DNA of 64,000 nucleotides from Candidatus Parcubacteria bacterium (GCA_963814275.1 CAWFCE010000002.1:875263-939262); one strand, 5' to 3'; counted from the stretch's first letter, positions 28,215 through 38,127 are shown. Translations and numbers: made by a program. The notes: generated from the sequence alone by a model not told the origin.

Positions 28215-29615
28215 ATGCCGAAAATTCTATTGTTTAATACCCTGACCCGCCGCAAAGAAGAGTTCAGGCCGACCATTGATAAACAGGCCGGGCTCTACAC
28301 CTGCGGGCCGACCGTCTATAACTATGCCCATATCGGCAATCTGCGCACCTATATCTTCGAGGACATCCTGGTGCGGGTTTTGGCTTACAACGGTTACCGG
28401 GTGGAGCGGGTGATGAACATTACCGACGTGGGGCATCTGACCGGCGACCGTGATATGGGCGAGGATAAATTGGAGAAAGAGGCGCAGGCGGAACATAAAA
28501 GCGCATGGGATATCGCTGCTTTTTATACCGACGCCTTCAAGCGCGATATGGAACGGCTGAACCTGAAAATGCCGAATCGCTGGTGCCGTGCCACCGACGA
28601 GATCGAAGCCCAGATCGATCTGATCAAAACACTGGAGACAAAGGGCTATACCTATAAGACGAGCGACGGAATATATTTCGATACGGCCAAGTTCAAAGAT
28701 TACAACAAATTATCCCATCAGAACATCGAGGCCCTGAGGGAAGGGGCGCGGGTCGAGAAGAATGACGAAAAGCGCAATCCGACCGATTTCGCACTTTGGA
28801 AGTTTTCCCCCCAGGGCGGGAAAAGGCAGATGGAATGGGAAAGCCCCTGGGGCACCGGTTTCCCCGGCTGGCATATCGAATGTTCCGCCATGAGCATGAA
28901 ATATCTGGACGGCAGGCAGGATATCCACTGCGGCGGGGCCGATCATATCGATGTCCACCATACCAATGAGATCGCCCAGAGCGAAGCGGCGACGGGAAAG
29001 AAATTTTTCAACATCTGGATGCATGGGGCATTCCTCAATATTGCCGGGGGCAAAAAGATGGCCAAGAGCGAGGGCAATTTCCTGACGCTGGAGAACGCTT
29101 TCGTCAGGAAGGGGATCGATCCGCTGGTGTACCGCTATGCCGCGCTTCACACCCATTACCGCAAGCCGATGGAGTATTCGGAAGAAGTAATGGCGAATGC
29201 GGCCCGGGGGTATGAACACCTGAAGAACCAGGTGCGGGAACTCGGGCAAATGCCGAATGACGAATTGCGAATGACGAATAATGAGTTCAAGGAAAAATTT
29301 TTAGGGGCGGTCAATGACGATTTGAATATGCCGCAGGCGATGGCTGTGGTGCAGGAGATGCTGAAATCGGATTTGCCGAATGGTGATAAAATGTCGTTAA
29401 TCCGCGATTTTGACAAAGTATTAGGCCTGAATCTTGGGGCCGTAGGGGCAATTCAGGAATTGCCCCCGGCCTTAGCCGATCTGGCAAAACAGCGGGAACA
29501 GGCCCGGCTGGACAAGGATTTCGGCGAATCGGACCGTTTGCGCGGAGAGATCCAAAAATTGGGTTATGAGGTGGAAGATACGGCTGATGGGACGCGCGTT
29601 TTTAAAATACAATAA
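28215..29615 (+). CDS. cysS: cysteine--tRNA ligase
   Basis: Class I signatures AHIGNLRT (HIGH) and KMAKSEGN (KMSKS), plus the CysRS motif GFPGWHIECSAM. Confidence 0.95.
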   Translation: MPKILLFNTLTRRKEEFRPTIDKQAGLYTCGPTVYNYAHIGNLRTYIFEDILVRVLAYNGYRVERVMNITDVGHLTGDRDMGEDKLEKEAQAEHKSAWDIAAFYTDAFKRDMERLNLKMPNRWCRATDEIEAQIDLIKTLETKGYTYKTSDGIYFDTAKFKDYNKLSHQNIEALREGARVEKNDEKRNPTDFALWKFSPQGGKRQMEWESPWGTGFPGWHIECSAMSMKYLDGRQDIHCGGADHIDVHHTNEIAQSEAATGKKFFNIWMHGAFLNIAGGKKMAKSEGNFLTLENAFVRKGIDPLVYRYAALHTHYRKPMEYSEEVMANAARGYEHLKNQVRELGQMPNDELRMTNNEFKEKFLGAVNDDLNMPQAMAVVQEMLKSDLPNGDKMSLIRDFDKVLGLNLGAVGAIQELPPALADLAKQREQARLDKDFGESDRLRGEIQKLGYEVEDTADGTRVFKIQ

Positions 29616-29650
29616 TTTCAAATAATAACAATCCAACAAGGGAGGGTGTT

Positions 29651-29818
29651 ATGGCAAGTATTAATAAACAGACGCTTCTCAGTGCTTTTGCGCCACCGTT
29701 ATACGCAGTGGCCATGACATTTCTAGTAGTTGTAGCATTATTGGGGTTGGCCAGTCTGATATTTGACTACGAAACAATTTCGAATGTGCTGCGATTACTG
29801 ATAAAAACAATAAGATGA
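29651..29818 (+). CDS. 55-aa single-TM small protein (below the ORF-track cutoff)
   Basis: GGGAGGGTG RBS 4 nt upstream of the ATG. MASINKQTLLSAFAPPLYAVAMTFLVVVALLGLASLIF... Confidence 0.55.
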   Translation: MASINKQTLLSAFAPPLYAVAMTFLVVVALLGLASLIFDYETISNVLRLLIKTIR

Positions 29819-29865
29819 TAACCGATTGAAGCGGTAGGTAGATGAATACCGCGAAGGAGGATCCT

Positions 29866-30006
29866 ATGCCTACGCCCACCGTTTTTGATTATTTTTTGGA
29901 AATGCTGAAAAAGGGCAGTTCCGGTATTATAGCGATATTAATACTCGGTCTTGTCCTGGTATTGTTCTTCGCTTATCTGGAAAGGCGGCAGAGGAAAAAT
30001 GGTTAG
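29866..30006 (+). CDS. 46-aa single-TM small protein (below the ORF-track cutoff)
   Basis: GAAGGAGG RBS. MPTPTVFDYFLEMLKKGSSGIIAILILGLVLVLFFAYLERRQRKNG. Confidence 0.55.
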   Translation: MPTPTVFDYFLEMLKKGSSGIIAILILGLVLVLFFAYLERRQRKNG

Positions 30007-30022
30007 ATTCGAATGTTTACAA

Positions 30023-30067
30023 ACGGCTTCTTCCCGACAAGTGTTTTGGAAGAAGCCGTCTTTATTT
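30023..30067 (+). terminator. rho-independent terminator
   Basis: acggcttcttcc / ggaagaagccgt 12-bp stem followed by CTTTATTT. Confidence 0.8.
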
Positions 30068-30111
30068 AGCGATATAATGAAATATCTATTATAATCGGAT
30101 CATAAGTTACA

Positions 30112-31161
30112 ATGAAGGATTTTTGGCAAAAACTGAATAAGCCGTTCTACGCACTCGCACCCTTAGCCGGAATTACCGATTCGGCGTTTCGGCAAATGTG
30201 CAAAAAATTCGGCGCTGACGTAGTCTATTCGGAAATGGTCAGCGCGACTGCGCTTTTTTATAATGATAAAAAGACGCGGGAATTAATGAAATTCAATGAG
30301 ATCGAACGACCGTACATAATTCAGCTTTTCGGAGCGGAACCCAAACATTTCGCAGTGGCCGCCAAGTTCATTACCGAAAAGGTCAAACCGGACGGGATCG
30401 ATATCAATTTCGGCTGTCCGGTCAGGAAAGTGGTCAAGCAGGGGGCGGGGATCGCCCTGTTTGCCGATTTGAAGCGTTCACGCGAGGTGATTAAAGCGGT
30501 AATCGGCTCGACCGATCTGCCGGTATCGATCAAAACCAGGTCTGCGGTCAAAATGCCTTTCGTGGATAAATCCGACGTAGGGGCATTGCGCGCAATGCCC
30601 GCGGACGCGGAAGCTGAACAGGATGGTAATAACAGTATGAAGCCTTTAAGAAAGTTTAATCAAAGCTTCGATATATTGCATTTCCTTGACCACATGACCG
30701 GCCTCGACATCAAAGCCCTAATGATCCATGGCCGGAGCGGCGGCCAGGGTTTTGCCGGACCGGTGGACCACGGCCTCATTAAACAGGCCAGGAACCATTT
30801 CGGCGGTATAATCATCGCGAACGGCGGCGTCAAAGATCGCGAGAGCGCGATAGAGTTGCTGGATAATACCGCCGCTGACGGGGCAGGGATCGGCCAGGGA
30901 GCGCTGGGCCGGCCCTGGGTATTCAAGGCGGTAAGAACCGGCCAAAGTACGGATAGATCGGTCCGGCCGATAGTCAAAATTGCCCTTGAGCACGCGGAAT
31001 TGGCCTGGAAATTGAAAGGCAGGCAGGGAGTGGTCGAAATGCGCAAGCATTTATGCTGGTATGTTTCCGGTTTGCCCGGCGCCGGTAAATTGCGCGGCCG
31101 GCTGGTGAAAATTGGATCAATAGCGGAGATTCGGGATATTTTTCGGGAAATACCGGACTAA
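30112..31161 (+). CDS. dus: tRNA-dihydrouridine synthase
   Basis: LAPLAGITDSAFRQMC, VYSEMVSA, DINFGCPVRKV (catalytic Cys) and IANGGV. Contains a ~40-aa insertion (AMPADAEAEQDGNNSMK...). Confidence 0.9.
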   Translation: MKDFWQKLNKPFYALAPLAGITDSAFRQMCKKFGADVVYSEMVSATALFYNDKKTRELMKFNEIERPYIIQLFGAEPKHFAVAAKFITEKVKPDGIDINFGCPVRKVVKQGAGIALFADLKRSREVIKAVIGSTDLPVSIKTRSAVKMPFVDKSDVGALRAMPADAEAEQDGNNSMKPLRKFNQSFDILHFLDHMTGLDIKALMIHGRSGGQGFAGPVDHGLIKQARNHFGGIIIANGGVKDRESAIELLDNTAADGAGIGQGALGRPWVFKAVRTGQSTDRSVRPIVKIALEHAELAWKLKGRQGVVEMRKHLCWYVSGLPGAGKLRGRLVKIGSIAEIRDIFREIPD

Positions 31162-31323
31162 AAGGTGCTTTCCGGTTTTATTTTTTTGTTTTTTTGTGGT
31201 ATAATAAATGTTAGCAGTTAACTGATAACAGTTAACGGATAGCAGGCTAATAAAGATAATAAATTTACGTAATATATTTACATTTTTGCGGTAAATTTTG
31301 TATTTTTTGTTTGATTATAATTT

Positions 31324-31845
31324 ATGCCGGATGATATCAATAAAAAACCGAAGTTGATTGAAACGATCGATTTGAAGAAAGAGACTTTGTCGACGCCGGA
31401 AAAAGACCCGTTTTCCGGTAATGCTCCGGAAAAAGACCCGCGGTTCGAACAAAATCGGGAAAAATCAATTAATATCGACAAGAAATTACCGGAGCTGATG
31501 GCGGAAAAGGAAGGCGGGAACGGCCAGGAGCAAAAAGCTTTTACCCCCGCTGATCACAGGTCTGTCGTGCGTCAAAAACAGATCGAATCGGTATTGGCGG
31601 AAGGCCTTGATTCTTATTATCTTGATATGCCGCCGGCCAAGCAGACGGAATTCAGGCAGGCGGGGGAAAATACCGCCCGGGAAATAAACGGCTTGATCGA
31701 AAAAGGAAAAATAACGCTGAAAAATATTGTCGATTTGATACGCGGGTGGCTCATGCTCATCCCCGGAGTCAACCGATTTTTCCTCGAGCAGGAGGCTAAG
31801 ATCAAAGCGGATGAGATACTGAAGATTATAAATAACAAAGAGTAG
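31324..31845 (+). CDS. hypothetical protein
   Basis: ORF with a coherent composition. No family recognised. Confidence 0.55.
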   Translation: MPDDINKKPKLIETIDLKKETLSTPEKDPFSGNAPEKDPRFEQNREKSINIDKKLPELMAEKEGGNGQEQKAFTPADHRSVVRQKQIESVLAEGLDSYYLDMPPAKQTEFRQAGENTAREINGLIEKGKITLKNIVDLIRGWLMLIPGVNRFFLEQEAKIKADEILKIINNKE

Positions 31846-32051
31846 ACGGGCAGAGAATTTTTGGATAAGATTTTTTAAAGCCAACGGGTAATAAGCGATA
31901 GAACATCAGTAATAAGTCCGAAATTCAACGGTAATCCAAAACAAGAGGCTTATTACTGATTACCGAAGTCTTGTTACTCAATAATGGCGTAAACAATCGG
32001 GTATAATAATACATATCATTATAGTTTGAACCTGTAATCTATTGTTTTAAT

Positions 32052-34097
32052 ATGGAAAATAAAAATCAAACTAATCCGAATGAAAGTGATGGCGAGGTGA
32101 CCATCAATCTCAAAGAATCCAGTGTTGCCGAATTTACCAAGCGGCCGGTGCCGAATGACAAAGAAGTCAGGGAATTCGAGGATTATGTCGAAAAAATAGA
32201 AGGTCAGGACGGCGAATATATCGATACGGACGACAATGAATCGGGGGAGGAGATCGACGAAAGCCTGAACGAGATATACCAGGATGATAACGGCCGTATG
32301 GTTGATGTTAAAAAAATGGACATTAGGAAGAGACGGGGGTTTTTCTTCTGGTTTTTCGCGGTGCTTATCTTCGCGGCGGTTGTCGGCGGCGGGAGCTATT
32401 TCGGCTACAATCATTATTTCCTGAATAGCGGGACGGACGCGACCGCTATCGATTTCGGCATAAGCGGCGATACGGAGGTGACGGCGGGTGAAGAATTCTT
32501 CTATAATCTGACCTATAAGAATCCGGCTAACGTGGTTATTACGAATGCCCGGATCGAAGTGACTTATCCGGCCAATTTCATTTTTCTGGACAGCTATCCG
32601 GCCAGCCCGGCTGATGACCACCGGTCCTGGGAGATCATGTCGATCCCGGCGCAATCGTCCGGCAGTATCAGGATCAAGGGCATGATGATCGGAGGAGAGG
32701 ATGAAAATGGGGTGATCTTGGCCAGCATCACCTACGTGCCGGCTAATTTTTCGTCGGAATTCAAGAAAGAAAGCTCCTTCACCACCGCCATCAGGGATAT
32801 TGGGCTTGATATCAATATCGATTACGTGCCGACTGCTTTGATCGGTGACATAACCGAAGCGGAGATCCGTATTAATGCCAAAAACGATAATTACATAAAT
32901 GCCTTCCGGATCACGCTGGAACCGCAGGAAAACATCAAGGTTGAGAATTACGCGGGCGAGGAAGGCGACGATACGCTGGCTGACTTTACCATGCCCCGAC
33001 CGGGGGTATGGCAGGTGAATGGCGTCGGTTCGGAAGAGAAGAAAATACCGATCCGTTTCACCATTACCGAAAAAGTGAGCGACCGCCAGGACCTGGTGTT
33101 GGATTTTTCCAAGCCGGTGGACGAGACCACCTACCGCCCCTTCCATCAGGAAACGATGTCGTTCGAAGTACTCAAGAGTGATTTGAACCTGGCGCTCATC
33201 GTGAACGGTTCCCGCGAGGATCAGGGCGTGAACTTCGGCGATACCCTTAATTATTCGATAGTCTATAATAACAAAGGCGAAACGGATATGAATGACGTGA
33301 TTATCATGGCTGTGTTGGAAAGCGATTTTCTCGACTGGACGACACTGACCGATAACAATCACGGCCGGGAAAAGGGCAATACGATCACCTGGAGCAAAGA
33401 GGAGATTCCCGCCTTGGCCACGATCAAGAAACACGATGAAGGAACTATCGATTTTTCCATCAAAATGATGGATGCGGGAAAGATCGATCCCACATCTATC
33501 TATCAGGTGAAGAGTTTCGCCCAGTATAGCGTGGGGCAGGATACGAATGACGGAGCCACTACCGCCACCGGCACACAGGAGCAGGACAACCGGAGCAACA
33601 CCATTACCAACAAGATCAACAGCGATTTGAAATTGACCGAAACGGTCCGTTATTTCAGCGAAGATAATATTCCGGTGGGCACCGGCCCGCATCCGCCCAA
33701 AGTCGGCGAGACTACCAGCTACAAAGTTTATTGGGATGTCAAAAATAACCTGCATGAATTGAATAACGCGACAGTATCCGTAATTTTGCCCGATTACGTG
33801 AAATGGGACGGCAAAGACCGGGCTACAGTGGGCAGCGTAAGCTATAACGACAGCCTGAACGCCGTGGTCTGGGATATCGGCCGCCTGCCGGTAACGGTCT
33901 TTTCCGCCAACGCCGAATTCAGCATCAAGGTGACACCCGGCGAAGATGATAAGAACAAGATCATGGTGCTTCTGCCCGGTTCGACCATCAAAGCCACCGA
34001 CATTGAGACAGGCGACGAGATCAAAAAATCGACCAAAGCCCAGACGACCAAATTGGCAGGGGATACGATCGCGGGTGGAGATGGTATAGTGGAGTAA
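32052..34097 (+). CDS. membrane-anchored hypothetical protein with beta-rich extracellular region
   Basis: Acidic N-terminus, one TM (FFFWFFAVLIFAAVVGGGSYFGY), then ~570 aa of DUF11/CARDB-like character. The 710-aa antisense ORF is judged a shadow. Confidence 0.7.
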   Translation: MENKNQTNPNESDGEVTINLKESSVAEFTKRPVPNDKEVREFEDYVEKIEGQDGEYIDTDDNESGEEIDESLNEIYQDDNGRMVDVKKMDIRKRRGFFFWFFAVLIFAAVVGGGSYFGYNHYFLNSGTDATAIDFGISGDTEVTAGEEFFYNLTYKNPANVVITNARIEVTYPANFIFLDSYPASPADDHRSWEIMSIPAQSSGSIRIKGMMIGGEDENGVILASITYVPANFSSEFKKESSFTTAIRDIGLDINIDYVPTALIGDITEAEIRINAKNDNYINAFRITLEPQENIKVENYAGEEGDDTLADFTMPRPGVWQVNGVGSEEKKIPIRFTITEKVSDRQDLVLDFSKPVDETTYRPFHQETMSFEVLKSDLNLALIVNGSREDQGVNFGDTLNYSIVYNNKGETDMNDVIIMAVLESDFLDWTTLTDNNHGREKGNTITWSKEEIPALATIKKHDEGTIDFSIKMMDAGKIDPTSIYQVKSFAQYSVGQDTNDGATTATGTQEQDNRSNTITNKINSDLKLTETVRYFSEDNIPVGTGPHPPKVGETTSYKVYWDVKNNLHELNNATVSVILPDYVKWDGKDRATVGSVSYNDSLNAVVWDIGRLPVTVFSANAEFSIKVTPGEDDKNKIMVLLPGSTIKATDIETGDEIKKSTKAQTTKLAGDTIAGGDGIVE

Positions 34098-34225
34098 GAC
34101 ACAAGGACACAAGATACAATAACCAAACAAATCCCAATTACCAAGGCTCAAATTATTATAGAAAAAATTGGTGCTTGGGATTTGCGGTATTGTTTGTGTC
34201 CTTGTTTATTGTATCTTGTGTCTTT
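34097..34225. repeat. long imperfect hairpin between 32052..34097 and tgt
   Basis: Arm aagacacaaggacacaagatacaataaccaaacaaatcccaa (34097-34137) against ttgggatttgcggtattgtttgtgtccttgtttattgtatcttgtgtcttt (34176-34225). The caaacaaatcccaa motif also occurs at 58930. Confidence 0.75.
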
Positions 34226-34230
34226 ATATT

Positions 34231-35358
34231 ATGTTTAAGCTGATAAAAAAATCAAAAATAAGCCATGCAAGATCGGGAATATTAAAAACTTCCCATGGCA
34301 AGCTTAGTACTCCATTCTTCATGCCGGTCGCCACTCAGGGTGTCCTCAAGCAGGTTTCGACCGAGGAGATAAGGAAGCTTGGCGCGCAAATAATCCTTTC
34401 CAACACCTACCACCTGATGCTCAGGCCGGGCAGCGCGCAGATCAGGAAATACGGCGGCCTGCACTCTTTCATGGACTGGGACTCCGCGATATTGACCGAC
34501 AGCGGCGGGTTCCAGATCTTTTCTCTGGCCGGCACCAGGAGCCGGAGCGGCCGGCCGCTGGTCAAGCTGGACAAAGACGGCGCGCGGTTCAAGTCATATA
34601 TTGACGGGAGTGAGCATTATCTGACCCCGGAGAGGTCCATAAAGATCCAGGCCGAGCTGGGCGTGGATATCGCCGTTTGCCTGGATGAATGCGCGGCTTT
34701 GCCGGCCACCAGGCAGAAGATCGAACAGGCGATGGAGCTGACCACCCGCTGGGCCAGGAAGTCCAAGGCCTATCATCGCCGGCTGAAAGCCAAAAAACCG
34801 CTTTTGTTCGCGGTTGTACAGGGCGGCCTGGACAAGGAATTGCGCCTGAAGAGCGCCGGCGAGCTCATGGATATCGGCTTTGACGGCTATAATATCGGCG
34901 GCCTGTCAGTGGGGGAGAGCGCGCGGGAAATGTATGGGGTTTTGGATTATCTCACGCCGGCGTTGCCCGAGGACAAGCCGCGCTATCTGATGGGCGTCGG
35001 GTATCCGGAGAATATCATCGAAGCGGTGAGGCGGGGAGTCGATATGTTCGACTGTGTCATCCCGACCAGGGAAGGCAGGCATGGACGCTTGTTTCAAATG
35101 GCGAATGGCGAATGGCGAATGGCGAATTTTAAGTATAAAACTGTCCATATAACGAGCGCTAAATATTCGAAGAATTTAAAAGCAATAAATCCGCACAGCA
35201 AAATAAAAGAATTGCGGCGGTATTCGCTGGCTTATTTGCATTATTTATTCAAAATAAAAGAGCCGCTGGGCCAGCGCCTGGCGACCCTCAATAACCTGGA
35301 GTTCTATCTTGACCTGATGGAAAAAATAAGGCAAAGTATCAAAAAAGCTCAATTTTGA
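34231..35358 (+). CDS. tgt: queuine tRNA-ribosyltransferase
   Basis: ARSGILKTSHGKLSTPFFMPVAT, LTDSGGFQ, GGLSVGE, DMFDCVIPTR. ATG 34231 chosen because the track start 34168 lies inside the upstream hairpin arm. Confidence 0.9.
   Translation: MFKLIKKSKISHARSGILKTSHGKLSTPFFMPVATQGVLKQVSTEEIRKLGAQIILSNTYHLMLRPGSAQIRKYGGLHSFMDWDSAILTDSGGFQIFSLAGTRSRSGRPLVKLDKDGARFKSYIDGSEHYLTPERSIKIQAELGVDIAVCLDECAALPATRQKIEQAMELTTRWARKSKAYHRRLKAKKPLLFAVVQGGLDKELRLKSAGELMDIGFDGYNIGGLSVGESAREMYGVLDYLTPALPEDKPRYLMGVGYPENIIEAVRRGVDMFDCVIPTREGRHGRLFQMANGEWRMANFKYKTVHITSAKYSKNLKAINPHSKIKELRRYSLAYLHYLFKIKEPLGQRLATLNNLEFYLDLMEKIRQSIKKAQF
35097..35127 (+). repeat. heptanucleotide tandem repeat (aatggcg)x4.4 inside tgt
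   Basis: aatggcg at 35097, 35104, 35111 and 35118, plus a partial copy. Encodes MANGEWRMAN, an insertion relative to the usual TGT loop. Confidence 0.9.
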
Positions 35359-35418
35359 TATATTTTTTACTTTTGTTCATTTTATTGATTCATTCATTCA
35401 AGCGAAGGAGGATCGAAA

Positions 35419-36081
35419 ATGGCAGGAAAAAGAAAAATAGTAGATGAGGATCTGGATTGGCTGCATAAGAAGTTCCAAAAGAAAGTTATCGAGCCCAGTT
35501 TTGTAAATCCGGAAATGCAAAAACCGTTCTTGCTCAGGAATCATTGGCCGGTTATGGCAAAATACAAGGAAGAAAGAATTGTTGATGCGTTTGACTGGGG
35601 AGTGGCCCAAAAGCTTGCTGACATCGACTGGCTGCATTTGTTGCTGGACTGGAACAAGAACCAATACTTCGGCAGATTAACGGCTGAAGGCAAAGCCGAG
35701 CTGAGTGCATTCCTGGGGTGGGATTTGACCACGATTGATGAATTGAGGTTGTTGCGGAAATATGAAGGAGGGGCGTTATGCGATGAAGCGGATGCCCCCG
35801 ATCTGGAGGTCCTGGTTAATAAAAACATGCTGCGATTGTACTACAAACACAAGGATTACCAGATGAGGGCAATACCGACACCGGAGGGGGAGGAGAGAAA
35901 AGATTATCTGGAAATGTATGAAAGCATTTCGCCGGAACTGGGCCAGGTGCATGTATTTGAGGGCATTTTACTATCCCTGCATGGTGAGGGAAGGATAAGT
36001 TCGCATAATTTCAGGAAAGACCCGCTAGTCCGGGATGTAAAATTGTTGCCTCATGTCAAGAGACCGAGAAGTAAATGCTAA
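35419..36081 (+). CDS. hypothetical protein
   Basis: AAGGAGG RBS. 220 aa. No family recognised. Confidence 0.6.
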   Translation: MAGKRKIVDEDLDWLHKKFQKKVIEPSFVNPEMQKPFLLRNHWPVMAKYKEERIVDAFDWGVAQKLADIDWLHLLLDWNKNQYFGRLTAEGKAELSAFLGWDLTTIDELRLLRKYEGGALCDEADAPDLEVLVNKNMLRLYYKHKDYQMRAIPTPEGEERKDYLEMYESISPELGQVHVFEGILLSLHGEGRISSHNFRKDPLVRDVKLLPHVKRPRSKC

Positions 36082-36106
36082 AGGAGGTTAATAAAAAGTA
36101 TCAATT

Positions 36107-36140
36107 AAAAGGCGGATGGATATTACATTCGCCTTTTATA
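36107..36140 (+). terminator. terminator candidate
   Basis: aaaggcg / cgccttt stem followed by TTTTATA. Confidence 0.6.
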
Positions 36141-36143
36141 ATA

Positions 36144-36183
36144 CAAAAAAACCTCCCCATCCGCGCAACGCGAAAGGGGAGGG
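36144..36183 (-). terminator. rho-independent terminator of the hydrolase gene
   Basis: On the minus strand: cctcccc...ggggagg stem with an inner cgcg/cgcg, followed by T7. Confidence 0.7.
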
Positions 36184-36190
36184 AAGAGGC

Positions 36191-37093
36191 TTAAAGGTTC
36201 AAATTACTTCGTAGCCAATTGAATATTTGGGAAAGATAGTGTTCCCCACAAGGTCCGTAGAAAGGGTAATGGTATACAGGTTCTGAAACAAAATCAGAAC
36301 CAGAAATGGAGGCAGCCAGTTTTTTAAGCTGGCCGATTGGAATGATACGGTCTTTTTTGCCTCCGATTATCAAGACTCGGCACTTTATTTTGTCCGCCGG
36401 CAGGCGGGGTGGATGGAATGCCAGACTAAGAAACCGAAGGCCAGAGTCATGGACCAAGCACTGGTATGCCATTTTCATATGGCTTAACTTCATTCTGGGG
36501 TCAAACACACCCCAGCAGGTGGCCCAAAAAGATCTTTTTACAGCCACCTCCCATGCTTGGCGTTGCCAGATTTTACGGCTTTTTAGCTGGGTTAATATAC
36601 CGCAGAAAGTGATTAAGGCATTAAGATTGATTTTTTTCAGACTTTTCGGCAGAGCCGAATTCATGGCCACCACGCCGTCGATGCCCCGGACAAATGCCGA
36701 CACGATCAGGGCGATTAATCCCCCGAGAGAATGCCCGATCAAAATCACTTTAGTGCCTTTGGGCAGGGAGGAGATGATCTTTCTGATCCTTTTGATGCAA
36801 TATATAATATCAAGCCAGATCGGTCGTTTGCCTAGCTTTGCATCAGGAATTTGGTCGAACGTTTTGTCGCGCAACGGATAGTTTACCGGATAAATTTTTG
36901 CCTGGCATCTATTTCCCCAAAGAGTAAAATTCAAATAGTAAAACAGACTTGCCTGGTTTAACACCCCGGAGAGAAGAATAAAGGCTACCGGCTGGTTAAA
37001 GGGTTTCGTTATGGCCTCATTCGGCAAAGCATTGTCCGCTACCCCTTGCTTGGCGACGAAAAAAACACGCAACAAACTACTCATCCATTTCAT
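36191..37093 (-). CDS. alpha/beta-fold hydrolase
   Basis: Nucleophile elbow LIGHSLGGLIA. GGAG RBS. Confidence 0.8.
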   Translation of the reverse strand: MKWMSSLLRVFFVAKQGVADNALPNEAITKPFNQPVAFILLSGVLNQASLFYYLNFTLWGNRCQAKIYPVNYPLRDKTFDQIPDAKLGKRPIWLDIIYCIKRIRKIISSLPKGTKVILIGHSLGGLIALIVSAFVRGIDGVVAMNSALPKSLKKINLNALITFCGILTQLKSRKIWQRQAWEVAVKRSFWATCWGVFDPRMKLSHMKMAYQCLVHDSGLRFLSLAFHPPRLPADKIKCRVLIIGGKKDRIIPIGQLKKLAASISGSDFVSEPVYHYPFYGPCGEHYLSQIFNWLRSNLNL

Positions 37094-37356
37094 AATAAAT
37101 CTCCCTATATTTTGGTTTAAAAATTTTTGGTTTTAAAATAACAAAATTATCGTATATTTATTATTAACATAAATTATCAATTTTGTCAAAGGCGGTAGTG
37201 AGTTTATAATGAGATTAAATTAATTATTTATTGCTAGTATTAAATTAAAATTAGCTTAAATCGATTGACTTTTTTGTTGTAATATGTTAAGTTAAAGGCA
37301 GATTTAAGATAATATAATCAGGATATATATCCTGCTATTTTAGATTTTATTCATTT

Positions 37357-37884
37357 CGGGGTAAGCGGATAGCTGATCGATTATCGCTTGCGATAATCGG
37401 TAGGAAAGTCCGGACTCCCGCCAATGCCGCTTACGCGGACTTGGCGTCGCGGCAGTGGGTAACGCCCACCCAGGGCAACCTGAGGGAAAGTGCCACAGAG
37501 ACTATACTATTTCCCGTAGCCCATAACCCGTAACACATAGCACGGTCACGGCCAGAAGAAGCTTTTGGCAATTAGTTATTCGTGAAGTCTATTATTGGCT
37601 ATGATATGTCATCGATCCGGAGTTATGTGTTTCAAGTTATGGGCTACGAGAAAGAAAGGTGAAAAGTCGGTTGATGCTTTTTGTTCTCGAGATAAAAGGC
37701 TACAACCTTCGCCTCCCGGTGACGGGATGTGCGCGGTAAACCCTGCCTGGAGCAAGAACAAATTCATTGCTTCGCAATGAAGAAAAGTAGTTCGCAAGAG
37801 CCCGGTGGCGACATCGGGCCCAGATAAATAGCTATCCATTCGGCCTCGCCGAAGGACAGAATCCGGCTTACAGCTTACCCCGGA
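37357..37884 (+). ncRNA. rnpB: RNase P RNA, bacterial type A, with greatly enlarged P12
   Basis: P1 cggggtaagc (37357-66) pairs with gcttaccccg (37873-82). Universal blocks GGAAAGTCCGGACTC, GTGGGTAACGCCCACC, AGTGCCACAGAGA, GGTAAACCCTGCCTGGAGCAAG and ACAGAATCCGGCTTACAG appear in canonical order. About 528 nt. Confidence 0.85.
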
Positions 37885-37966
37885 ATGAATAGAATTTAAT
37901 GTATATTAATGGTTTATTACTTTTGGTCAGAAGTTAATTTGAATATTATTTTTCCCGCCGAATTGT

Positions 37967-38042
37967 CGCCGATAAGTACGCTGATATGCCGCTGATTCGG
38001 ATATAAATATTAATCGGCGAAAAATCAGCGTACTTATCAGCG
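37967..38042. repeat. 19-nt inverted repeat hairpin
   Basis: cgccgataagtacgctgat (37967-85) / atcagcgtacttatcagcg (38024-42), one mismatch. Confidence 0.7.
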
Positions 38043-38127
38043 CCATGTCAGCGGTGAAAAGTTTAAAAACCGGATAATCGGAAATCCAAGATTAATTCAA
38101 TAAAAATAGTTAAATCATAAATATAGT

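Noticed and set aside
32019-34151. 710-aa minus-strand ORF opposite 32052..34097
   Set aside because: Judged a shadow ORF for the same reasons. The + frame has a clean N-terminal TM and an RBS-less but promoter-proximal ATG, while the minus frame runs into the hairpin repeat at 34097-34137.
34168-34230. Longer N-termini offered by the ORF track for tgt (34168), cysK (26280), GT4 (15783), wzz-like (7353) and the two OmpA-like genes (5003, 6280)
   Set aside because: The extensions lie in hairpin repeats or upstream genes, use TTG or lack an RBS, and add residues atypical for the families. Internal ATGs give canonical N-termini, signal peptides and SD sequences.
37595-37839. ORFs 37595..37780 (+) and 37609..37839 (-)
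   Set aside because: They lie inside the RNase P RNA gene.
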